A stretch of DNA of 63,276 bases, counting the filler, from Corallochytrium limacisporum Hawaii (lineage: Eukaryota > Protista > Pluriformea): assembly GCA_002811645.1 (NCBI GenBank). It is 5 parts of 5 records of this genome, joined end to end, with 100 filler letters (N's around TTAATTAATTAA, not from the genome) between each part and the next. Parts side by side here need not be neighbours in the genome. Positions count along the whole stretch, not along the records: positions 43,763 to 59,444 come from PDIP01000144.1; positions 59,545 to 60,680 come from PDIP01000235.1; positions 60,781 to 63,276 come from PDIP01000286.1; 2 more parts are not named here. The stretch is one strand, 5' to 3'. This document shows, piece after piece, positions 51,513-60,811 of the stretch. A model generated the notes under the pieces. It saw only the letters and a list, made by a program, of their open reading frames with translations, had not been told where the DNA came from and made no database searches. A program made the position numbers and the translations under genes. Positions within the stretch are counted from its first letter, which is position 1. Every line of letters begins with the position of its first letter.

Positions 51513-54500
51513 ATGACATGTCCAGACTCAGTGTTTTACGCGACACTGAATTTCTTTGCGCGACGTGGTCTTTGGGATGGCTTAAGACGGGCTTTGTCGC
51601 CTTCGCACCCGTTCTATGACAATCTGGCAGCAGAACAGCTGCTGCTCGGCAAGCTCTATCATGCAGTAGCAGTGCTTGCTGCTGATCCAGCGCATGTCAA
51701 CACTCTGGACGATGTCGCAGAGCAATTAGAGCCTTTATCTAATGTTGAGAGGTTCCACAACACCGTTACAGTACTCACACTCTTTCTTCATGAACTTAGC
51801 ATCGTGGCATCGGGTGGAACACCGGAGAAAACCGGCGCTGTAGAACGCCTGATAGGCGATCTTACTCATGATGATGCCGACGTCAATATCGATGGATTGC
51901 TTGATACAGCCAATATTCTCTGGTACTTAGGTCATGCTAAGCTTTGCCTCAAAGTTCTAGAAAAATGTCATCAACCGAGCATGAGCATCGCACAGCACAT
52001 TCGTGCCACTATAGTTAAGGGGTGGATTGAACTTCAAAGAAGCAGCGCCAGAGTAGCCTTTCAAACATTTGATGGCTTGTTAAAGTCAAGCAATAAGGCC
52101 CTGGGAGCTGGCCATGAAATAGCGGTGTTCGAAATTCGAGTTGGCCGCGCTTTTGCGATCATGGCAGCTAAAGGCGATGGCAAGAAGGTGTTGGCTGTTC
52201 TGGATCGCTTCGGTAAGGATGTGAGTATGCCCTGGTGGGTTAACATAGATCTTGCTGATGTGCATATGAGCCAATGGAACACAACGCAAGCGCAGGACGC
52301 AATTCGTAGGTGTAGTGATCGCCTGACTGGTATGCATAGCAATCACCAACATTCCCGGGACTTCACCACAGATATGGTGCTGAGGGTTTTGAGCGGTATG
52401 CACTGTGTCTTGAACTTTGGGCAGAGCGCATCAACTGTACAACGCCTTATGGAATTAGAGCGACATTTAGAAATCCATGCCAGCGTATCGAAGCAACCAT
52501 GGCGCTGGTCCACTAACTGCTTGTACGCGATGGTCTTGCGGCTGAACCAAAACTGGAGCAAGCTGCAGAAGCAACCCGAAGAGACCGGTACGCCATCCAA
52601 GGGCGCTGCTCTGGACACTGACGAACGCAACATGGTGGACACCCTGCGCGAAGCTGCGGATGCCTTTGTAGACCGTAAGGCAGGCGAAGGATACTACGCC
52701 GTGGTGAAACCCATCGGCTACTTCAATGGCCAGGCAAAAAAAGAATCGGAAATCCTTCCTTTGCTCTACGCCGCCCGTTCGTCGCTTTGGTCCATGGAAC
52801 TTGAAACAGCAGAGAGGTACTTTAAACAGGTGCTCGCTATTCACAGCTCCTCTGTGCCAGGATTGACAGGTCTTGTTATATGCCAATGGCTTCAGGGACA
52901 GGATCCATCGTCTGGCCTTTCGCTGCTTGCGGAGCTTCGCTCAAAACTGATGGCTGCGACCGACAAGGATAGCGATTCGGACCTTACTGCACAACAATTG
53001 GATAAGGCCAAGAAGGTACGTGGAGCCGTGGGTGAGCTTTTCGTGACCGCGTCTCTGGCCGAAGCTGCACTCTTGGAGACTGTTGAGCTGATGAACAGGC
53101 GCGTGAAGAGTGACGAAACCATTACTGGCAACTTGAAGCTCATTATTGCCCTGCTCAAGCGTGCGGCTGATTCAGATGGCTCCACGAACGGCCGTGCAGT
53201 GCGACTCTTTTGCAATGGCTTGGGTGCCATCGGCATAGCAGGCGCGGCGCGCCTGGAAGGCATTCGCCCAGACATTGTACCCTGGATATGCGCTGTAAGC
53301 CTGAGACTGGCAGAGGGTGTCGATCACAGCCAAGTGATGACTCCCGACGACATCACTCACCTCAACACTCTCACTGTATCGATGTGCGGAAATCTCACCG
53401 GGCAGTTGGGATTTGTGAACATCGCCTTGGCACCGCGCACGGTGGACCTGGAGATTGCTATCGGAAACTATGCAAAAGCTAAGGAGCAGTTGCGAAGCGC
53501 GATTATTTTGCTGTCAGACAAGGGCTTCCAGCACGATGAAACTATCGATATGTGCCTCAAGTACGTGGACCTTTGTCTCGACAGTGGTGACACTAGCGAG
53601 TCAGGAAAGGTATTGGAAAGACTGGAGAGAATTAAGCCCTCAACCCGGTCCACAGCAGTGATCAGTGTCTACTTGGCAAGACAACGGATTGCTACTTGCG
53701 TGTTAGGGCAATCTGAAGCAGCTCAAGACATCAGTGGTCCATTGAAGACGCTCCTTGCAGATCCCGAAGTCGCGCGATACCTCACTCAGAGTCAACAGGT
53801 TATCAGTTTCATTACCTTGGCCCAGGCTTACATGCACCGTACCGATTATGTAAGTGCCAAAGAAGCGCTCTCTTTTGCAGAGGCGGCTCTGCGAGGTGAG
53901 ATCACTAGCCGGCCTGGTTCCTCGTGTTTGATGCCGCGGTACAAGATTTTGTTGCAGGAGGCTTCTGTCGACCTCGACATGCGATCTGGGAACGTGGAAC
54001 AAGCCATCACGCAACTCGAAGCATCGCTAAGCCAAGCTTCCGCTGCTGATCAGAGGATGCTGCGGGATAGACTGGCGAAAGTCTACCTGGACTTTAAGGG
54101 AGATGTGCAGGCTTTTCTGACTGTTTATCTCTCTGGAGTGAAATTAGCCTCGAAATCTGGCAAGCCAAACTTCTCTGTTGACATTGATCTTGCCAGGGCA
54201 TACAGCAGCGTTGGACGCCATGATCGTTCTATTGAAATACTCAAGGGGTCCTGGGAGGCATTTGAGGACCTGTCCAAGAGCGCCACAATTGAAGACTCTG
54301 ACAAGCAGGTTGGGCGCATGATCCTAAGGATGATTGGTAGCTATTGCCATATTCGTGGAGACATATCAGAGGCATTGAGCCATTATGAACAAGCGGCAGG
54401 ATATGATCCAAGGAAGTGCGCTTTCCTCGACGAATGCTTTCCGAGCCATGCTGACATCATGGAACTGATCAGTCAGGACGGCATGACACCCGGCGTCTCC

Positions 54501-56402
54501 GGTGGTACTGGTGATTTTGCTGTGCTTCCTTGGTCTATGCGCTGTGACCTAATCGCCACGTATATTGCAGAAGGATTTAACGATGATGCTGACCAGCTGG
54601 TTACAGCGTGCCTGGAGTTTTTAGGTGAATGCCCAAGCAACGCCAATCTCGACAGCTCTAGCCAGTTGGCCAGTGATATCGTGACAGTGAAGATCTTCCG
54701 CTTGGCGGCCTGTATGCATATTGGCAACTACAGTCCGATGCTGGCAATTGAATCCCTCGAAAAGGCCTACGAGGTAGTCACCAAACTGGCGGTACAGGCA
54801 ATAGAGCTGCACTCTGACCTGTCCACCACACTGCCATCCTATTTGCAATTCGTAGCAATGTTGGTAGCACAGGAATTGAGTCTACAGTATGAGAAGAACA
54901 GGCGTCTCGACAAGGCTGCAGAGCATTTACTGGAGTCCTTACAACATGAAGAGATTATGGGCAGCTCACGGGCTCAATTCCGTAGCTCATCGTCTGGGAT
55001 CATGCTAAAGCAACGCGAGAAGGAACTGGTTCGCTACGCAGAACTCATGGTCAGGAGTGGAGACGACAAGGGCGTAGAATCCCTGATCAGTAAAATGCAC
55101 AAAGTCAACCCAGACAACCCCGCTCTGGCCCTGGTGGTCATTGACCTGGCCATTCGTAAAGGAAACTTGAAACAGGCCAAGGAGCAACTGCAACGGACCT
55201 TGCAGAAATTTCCCACAAACATGGATGCCTTGTGGCGCTATATTGATGTGTGCTACTTGACTGGAGATTTGCCACATGCCGCCAGGGCAGCTAGTGCGGC
55301 GGAGACTGCCCTGGCCAAAGCCCAGAAAATTACTGGCACCACTACCTTAACTAGGCTTGGTCCAACTGTGGCTCAGGCTTCGGATAGCGGCGATGATTCC
55401 ATCTTGGTTGACATTGAGGATGAGCTGACTGGCCTCAAGTACTGCAAAGCCCTGCTGGCCTATGTTAGCGGGCGTCAGATTCAAGCGATGAGCCTGCTTG
55501 ATGGACTCGACGACCACGCGCTGTACGGACAGCGCACCTGCATACTGAAGATTCAGTGCCATTTGCTGGGCACCTGGGGAGGTAATCCAGGAATGGCGCG
55601 CGTGTACAGGAACGATCAAGGAAGATTATCCGAGGCCAGAGCAGTTTACCAGACCCTAAGGCGTTTAGAGCAAGGTGGCAATGTCAATGGCAGTGACACT
55701 CTCGAATATTATGAACAATTAATTCGAGTTGCTTCGTTGGACAAGGGCATGCTACAGGGCATTGTTTCCGATCTCACCACACGCCTCACTCAACCAGCGG
55801 ACCTTGGTCGCAAAAGTGGTAAACCCGCCGGCGGACCGTCCACGAACCAACAGCAACATCTCATTCTTGGCATATATCAGCCTGACCTATCCTCTCTGCG
55901 TCTGTTGTCCTGTGCCTTGCTGGCCCTCAAGAACGTATCCAAGGCCAAGGGCATCCTCAAGGCTGCCGTACAAGTCAGACCGTCTTCGAAACAGACCCGT
56001 GAAGATCTTGAAGCATGCCGACTGTACCTGTCTACGATCTACCTTGCCACGAATCAGTACGATAAAGCCGTTGAGCATGCACTCGGGGCTCTGGAGCTGA
56101 ACTCATCCTGTGGTCGGGCCCATGAGATTTTAGGTGAGATCTTCGACAAGGATGGCAACCGTGAACGCGGGGCACAGCACTTTGAAAAAGCCTGGAACCT
56201 CATGGGTAACTCCAATATGGACACGGGAGCGCATCTCACTACTGACCTAATCAAGACAGGCAGGTACCTCAAGGCTATCGAAATTGGCAACCAGGTCCTA
56301 GAAGTGGCTCGTCAAGAGTCCAGGGGTGTCGGATTAGCTGAACGGGACTTGAAGTTGGATCGCGACGTGGTGGATAAGGCAATGGCCAATTGGCGCATTT
56401 AA
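51513..56402 (+). CDS. TTC21B: TTC21B/IFT139-like TPR protein (IFT-A), strongly diverged
   Basis: 1629-aa TPR-rich ORF. The C-terminus LELNSSCGRAHEILG..FEKAW..YLKAIEIGNQVL..DVVDKA matches the TTC21 C-terminal pattern. Confidence 0.8.
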   Translation: MTCPDSVFYATLNFFARRGLWDGLRRALSPSHPFYDNLAAEQLLLGKLYHAVAVLAADPAHVNTLDDVAEQLEPLSNVERFHNTVTVLTLFLHELSIVASGGTPEKTGAVERLIGDLTHDDADVNIDGLLDTANILWYLGHAKLCLKVLEKCHQPSMSIAQHIRATIVKGWIELQRSSARVAFQTFDGLLKSSNKALGAGHEIAVFEIRVGRAFAIMAAKGDGKKVLAVLDRFGKDVSMPWWVNIDLADVHMSQWNTTQAQDAIRRCSDRLTGMHSNHQHSRDFTTDMVLRVLSGMHCVLNFGQSASTVQRLMELERHLEIHASVSKQPWRWSTNCLYAMVLRLNQNWSKLQKQPEETGTPSKGAALDTDERNMVDTLREAADAFVDRKAGEGYYAVVKPIGYFNGQAKKESEILPLLYAARSSLWSMELETAERYFKQVLAIHSSSVPGLTGLVICQWLQGQDPSSGLSLLAELRSKLMAATDKDSDSDLTAQQLDKAKKVRGAVGELFVTASLAEAALLETVELMNRRVKSDETITGNLKLIIALLKRAADSDGSTNGRAVRLFCNGLGAIGIAGAARLEGIRPDIVPWICAVSLRLAEGVDHSQVMTPDDITHLNTLTVSMCGNLTGQLGFVNIALAPRTVDLEIAIGNYAKAKEQLRSAIILLSDKGFQHDETIDMCLKYVDLCLDSGDTSESGKVLERLERIKPSTRSTAVISVYLARQRIATCVLGQSEAAQDISGPLKTLLADPEVARYLTQSQQVISFITLAQAYMHRTDYVSAKEALSFAEAALRGEITSRPGSSCLMPRYKILLQEASVDLDMRSGNVEQAITQLEASLSQASAADQRMLRDRLAKVYLDFKGDVQAFLTVYLSGVKLASKSGKPNFSVDIDLARAYSSVGRHDRSIEILKGSWEAFEDLSKSATIEDSDKQVGRMILRMIGSYCHIRGDISEALSHYEQAAGYDPRKCAFLDECFPSHADIMELISQDGMTPGVSGGTGDFAVLPWSMRCDLIATYIAEGFNDDADQLVTACLEFLGECPSNANLDSSSQLASDIVTVKIFRLAACMHIGNYSPMLAIESLEKAYEVVTKLAVQAIELHSDLSTTLPSYLQFVAMLVAQELSLQYEKNRRLDKAAEHLLESLQHEEIMGSSRAQFRSSSSGIMLKQREKELVRYAELMVRSGDDKGVESLISKMHKVNPDNPALALVVIDLAIRKGNLKQAKEQLQRTLQKFPTNMDALWRYIDVCYLTGDLPHAARAASAAETALAKAQKITGTTTLTRLGPTVAQASDSGDDSILVDIEDELTGLKYCKALLAYVSGRQIQAMSLLDGLDDHALYGQRTCILKIQCHLLGTWGGNPGMARVYRNDQGRLSEARAVYQTLRRLEQGGNVNGSDTLEYYEQLIRVASLDKGMLQGIVSDLTTRLTQPADLGRKSGKPAGGPSTNQQQHLILGIYQPDLSSLRLLSCALLALKNVSKAKGILKAAVQVRPSSKQTREDLEACRLYLSTIYLATNQYDKAVEHALGALELNSSCGRAHEILGEIFDKDGNRERGAQHFEKAWNLMGNSNMDTGAHLTTDLIKTGRYLKAIEIGNQVLEVARQESRGVGLAERDLKLDRDVVDKAMANWRI

Positions 56403-56551
56403 GCCCCACTCATGTATGTACATATAGTTATGCGCATGATAAAATGGTAAATCAAGAAGGTATGGGTATGATGTAGGTTTTGATTATTTTGTTAAAGGGG
56501 AAGGTCTCTGATAAGGCGTATCGTCCCCTCCAACCACAGAAGATGGCTTTC

Positions 56552-57559
56552 CTATATGTAAGTCAAGCTCTTCTTCCGCGGCACAGCCAGTTCGTAGCGG
56601 TCTTTGTGCTCATGGTACAGAGCCTCCAAGCTCTCTAGGTAAACTTGATGCACCTTGTCAACCTCTTCAGGGGTCGGATCCGCAATCTTTGGAACCTCAA
56701 TGGGCTTACCGACCACAACGTGAATAGGACGACGATAGGGCATGAACCCATATGTGTACTGAAATACGCCACGGCCTTGAATGAAAGGTGTGCTGAATCC
56801 AAAGACGCGCATGATCTTCTCCTGCCACGTACGTACGGTAGTGCCCCGCTCGTTCGGGGTCTGACTGTAGACGTCGTTTTCACCAAATGCAAAAACGGGT
56901 ACTAACTTCGCTCCCGTCATGACAGCAATCTTGCAGAATCCCTTGCGGCGTGCCAAAGTCAATTCGTAGGTACCTGGATGGGCATCCAGAGCCTCGGCAG
57001 CGCCGCCTACGACAATCAGTGCAGAGTTGCCTGGCCGCTTGGGGGATAGGCAGTTGATGAGACTTCGCTTACCAACGCTGATCATGCCTAGTCCAAGGAA
57101 GAGTTCCCGAGAGAGCGGTGACCTGAAGTTTGTGTCTAAAGTGCACGGATGAATGTCAATGCCCGGATACACTTCTGAAAAGTTACGGGCCTCAGTGGCG
57201 AAGCAGCCCAGTACACCGTAGGCAATAATACCGTGGGGATGATATGCAAAGAGATAGTTGTGTTTAGGATCGAGATCTGCAGTCTTGTGCAGAGTGACTG
57301 GGAAGTAGTCTGCGAAGTACTTAAAGTAAGGCAGTTTTCGCACCCACATTCTCTTGCGACCCACTCCATTTTTGGGCGTGTCAAAGTCAGCAGCATAGAC
57401 CCAGATGAGATACGGAATATATACAGGGTACGTAACAGGCATCATGAGGCATGAGATGTTGATCATTAGGAAGACCAACATCATTAGCCACCAACCGGCA
57501 ACGGTGGCGGTTTGCAGCCGACGTTCCAGAGGAACATTACGGGGTGCCCAGTCTACCAT
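56552..57559 (-). CDS. DGAT2: DGAT2/MOGAT-family acyltransferase
   Basis: WAPRNVPLERRLQT, YFP, HPHG, GGAAEAL, RKGF and VPVFAFGEND. ATG at 57559. Confidence 0.94.
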   Translation of the reverse strand: MVDWAPRNVPLERRLQTATVAGWWLMMLVFLMINISCLMMPVTYPVYIPYLIWVYAADFDTPKNGVGRKRMWVRKLPYFKYFADYFPVTLHKTADLDPKHNYLFAYHPHGIIAYGVLGCFATEARNFSEVYPGIDIHPCTLDTNFRSPLSRELFLGLGMISVGKRSLINCLSPKRPGNSALIVVGGAAEALDAHPGTYELTLARRKGFCKIAVMTGAKLVPVFAFGENDVYSQTPNERGTTVRTWQEKIMRVFGFSTPFIQGRGVFQYTYGFMPYRRPIHVVVGKPIEVPKIADPTPEEVDKVHQVYLESLEALYHEHKDRYELAVPRKKSLTYI

Positions 57560-58675
57560 CTTGTCTTTCTTCTTTATGTTCTGAAAGGTTAAATCTTCCT
57601 TCCTTCTGTCCTCCACCTTAACCCGCAGTTGCAACAGCAAACCAGAGAGACTACCCCTGGTGCTCATATACCTGAGCAAAACAGCACATGTGGTACATGT
57701 AGAGCTGCTCACACCATAATCAAATGTTATCTCCCAAAAGCAAGCTTGTTCTGTTCCAATTCAAGTCGTTGTGTAGAACCGACACACCAATATATTACGG
57801 GCCCAGCTGATGCGGCCTGATCTCCTGTTTATCAGCCCAACCACGACCCTTCGCACGGCCACATTCACACAACGCAAAAGCAACCTAAGAAAACCCGCCT
57901 TTCCGCAGCCCTTGCTCGTCGTCCTACGCACCAGCCTGCTTCTCAACCACAATGTTTTGGGGTGATGATGAACCCACCAGCGAATTCTCCCAGTATTTAT
58001 ATTACGCTTGCTCACATAGTTGTGGGCCAGGGAACCTCTGCCGGGGTTTCGGCTATCAATCTCTCAGGACCGCAGTCCCTCGCCTTCGATTGTCGGGTCA
58101 CGCCGCTTGTTACTGACGAAATACAAGGGACACTGGGGTCCGCTACTGAGAGGCCTGGTTTGTGCGTTCACCACTGTGTCCCCTGGTACCCTCCCGGTCC
58201 CTACGCGCACATTCACAGTTAGACATTGTGCTCCCACGAATGGAGCCGGTGCACCATCTCATCTGTACATTCACTACCGGCTCCACACTTTCAAGAGTAA
58301 ACTCGTCCGGGAAGTGGAGCCGCCCGGTGAGCTCGTAGGCATGAAAAATTGATGATACATATGTAGAGTACGGGTTGCGGAGATGACTCAGCCCATCCGC
58401 AGGCGATATTCCTCAACCGCTTCACCTGCAATACGTTCAGAACCATCGATGCCCTGACATCTGCGGATAAATACTTACCCTGCGGTTCCACGAATAATTC
58501 TTACCGCAATCCTCGTCGCAATATTCTTGCCATAACTTCGTCCGAGAAGCCACCTCTCCATCCAGGCGGGCCGCAAGGGGATTGAGAGGACGGCGGGCGA
58601 TATTCCATTTCGGACAAGGGCTCAGATCACTTTTGGCTTTACCTCTACTATATATTCTACCTGTCAAGATCTATT

Positions 58676-59299
58676 TTAGTTTAATTTCAGTTTGTCCTTA
58701 TTGTAACAGACAAACGTTACGGCAAGTGCAAGTAGAATGACTCCGACAATTCCAAAGACCACTGCCAGCCCTGTGGCCAGTGGCATCGGTTTACCAAAGA
58801 CGTTGACTCCAAAGCTTGCCGTCAGATTGCAGTACGATTCCGCTGGATCAACCACGACAGTGAATTCGTATATTACGTTATCGGACCAGAGAATGGATCC
58901 GGCGCCTAAGTCACCAAAGATTTCACTAAGTTCGTCCAAATTTGTCGCGGCCATGAGAGTGTCTTCGGTTACCGGAGTAGTCGTGCAATTGCGATAATTT
59001 AGGAGATTCCATGATGTACACGGATCCGGGTTAACGGTCAACATCTCCGTCCACATCTGGGATGGGTAGATACAATCAGCTGCTCCCATCGATTTCAGAT
59101 ACTCAAAGCTGAACCGTCCTTGGTTCTGGAAGACAACGAAGGCACTGTTGATCTCTCGTACAACTGTATCTCCGTCGTATAGATAGATCTTCGGTTCGAA
59201 CTTCTCGCCAAAGAAGATGTCAATCGGACATCCATATCGGTTATACTCGTATATCACAGTGCGACCGCGAGCACACAAACTCGGCCCCTCTATCCGCCC
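58676..59299 (-). CDS. Probable terminal exon of an uncharacterised type I membrane protein
   Basis: The open frame starts right after CTGTAG (acceptor-like, 59300-59305) and has no early ATG. C-terminal TM helix and a KxKxx-type tail (KLKLN). Confidence 0.6.
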   Translation of the reverse strand, partial: GRIEGPSLCARGRTVIYEYNRYGCPIDIFFGEKFEPKIYLYDGDTVVREINSAFVVFQNQGRFSFEYLKSMGAADCIYPSQMWTEMLTVNPDPCTSWNLLNYRNCTTTPVTEDTLMAATNLDELSEIFGDLGAGSILWSDNVIYEFTVVVDPAESYCNLTASFGVNVFGKPMPLATGLAVVFGIVGVILLALAVTFVCYNKDKLKLN

Positions 59300-59375
59300 C
59301 TACAGCAAGCGCTGCTGGACCGACTGCGCAGGAGCTAACGATGGCGAGGGAAGAGGGAAATGAAAATACCGGTGG

Positions 59376-59444
59376 TACCACCCTCTGTCTGAGAATATTG
59401 TATCAAATCTACTCATTTTGATTTAGCTCTGCCGTCGCTTGGGA
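59376..59444. mobile_element. TA plus left end of the putative TIR element (copy 2)
   Basis: Identical to 43592-43660; abuts a gap. Confidence 0.65.
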
Positions 59445-59544
59445 NNNNNNNNNNNNNNNNNNNNNNNNNNNNNNNNNNNNNNNNNNNNTTAATTAATTAA
59501 NNNNNNNNNNNNNNNNNNNNNNNNNNNNNNNNNNNNNNNNNNNN
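59445..59544. other. Assembly gap with linker
   Basis: N-runs with TTAATTAATTAA. Confidence 0.97.
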
Positions 59545-60219
59545 GCCCGCCCGCCTTGCCTGCCCATCCTCGCTCCCTTCCTTGCCCTTTCCTTCTCTGA
59601 CGCAAACCCGCCACACCGCACAGAGCGAAAGAATAAAAAGGGGGGGGCCATCAGAGAGACTGTCCAACCCGAATGGCCTGAGGTCGCACGATGCCATTCA
59701 TTCATTACTGCGTAATGCAACGTGGTAAATTCGCCCCTGTGTAACGCCCACTCACCGTCTCCCCCCCCCCCAAATTATTAACTTTTTACCCGTGCCAACA
59801 GCGCCAGTGACGTAGTTCCTCGTCGGCTCACTCACCTCTCCGGTTCCTTTCGGTTTCCTTTCTGTCAGCACAGCTGGCGATATCGGGTACACGGGAGTTC
59901 AGTACATTCACTATCTCAGAGAGTGTGCAGACGGCAAAGCGATGGGCCACCCTTACGGGACAGTAAGAAAGATCGCCGGTCTCACCACCACCAACCCCCC
60001 CCCCCACACACACACAACCGTCCCCTTTCCCCCCATTAAATGGCTGCGCAAACTGCAACGGTTCCACACTTTCAGTACGTGCCGACAGACAGGCTTTCTT
60101 TTTTTTTTTTGAGCGGGGAGAAAGCAGAAATCGCGGGAGCGAGTGTGTGTGGGGCCATCTTCTTTTTTTTATCAACAGCGATTTTGCTGACCCAGATAAA
60201 CCCATACAAATACTATAAA

Positions 60220-60395
60220 GTGTACCACTAAAAAGTTCCTGGTAAGTGGTGATATTGATATTTGCAATTCCGGAGCCACCCAGCATCATGGGCCAATGGG
60301 TCGGTATCACATGTTGCTTAAGGTCCATTCTCACAGTCCCGGATATCTTGTATATAAAATGTGTTTATAATTTTGTGCTATATCCACAATTGTAC
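60220..60395 (+). ncRNA. Candidate small spliced or structured non-coding transcript
   Basis: GTAAGT donor at 60242, CACAG acceptor at 60336, stem 60249-60258 with 60301-60310, no ORF. Confidence 0.35.
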
Positions 60396-60680
60396 CTAAA
60401 ATACGGATGCACCGCTGCGGTGGAGGACGAGGCGGGGAGAGTGCGGGAGACGTAGCGCACGCAGGGCTCCAGCTCGGAGTTCCGGAAGTTCCCGAATAAA
60501 AAACTCAAAGCCACGAAGGTTTTCGCTACGGGCAAATTCGGGCCTCTGTGGGTGTGATGTGGGCCCAGCGACTTGGGGGGGGGGGGGAGTAGGTGGCCAA
60601 AGAGCGAAGAAAGAGGGAGAGAGAGGGGAGAGAGAGAGGGAGAGGGAGAGAGAGAGGGGGGATGAGAACCGACTGAGCAC

Positions 60681-60780
60681 NNNNNNNNNNNNNNNNNNNN
60701 NNNNNNNNNNNNNNNNNNNNNNNNTTAATTAATTAANNNNNNNNNNNNNNNNNNNNNNNNNNNNNNNNNNNNNNNNNNNN
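60681..60780. other. Assembly gap with linker
   Basis: N-runs with TTAATTAATTAA. Confidence 0.97.
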
Positions 60781-60811
60781 CCAAAAATGAAAGGGTGATT
60801 TGGCAGAGCGT

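Noticed and set aside
58471-58480. ATACTTACC, resembling the U1 snRNA 5' end
   Set aside because: No U1 stem-loops, U1A loop or Sm site follow. It is better explained as a minus-strand splice donor.
59756-59758. Possible 3-nt microexon between a GAG acceptor and a GTGAGT donor
   Set aside because: A GAG acceptor after a G-run is non-canonical and there is no supporting evidence.
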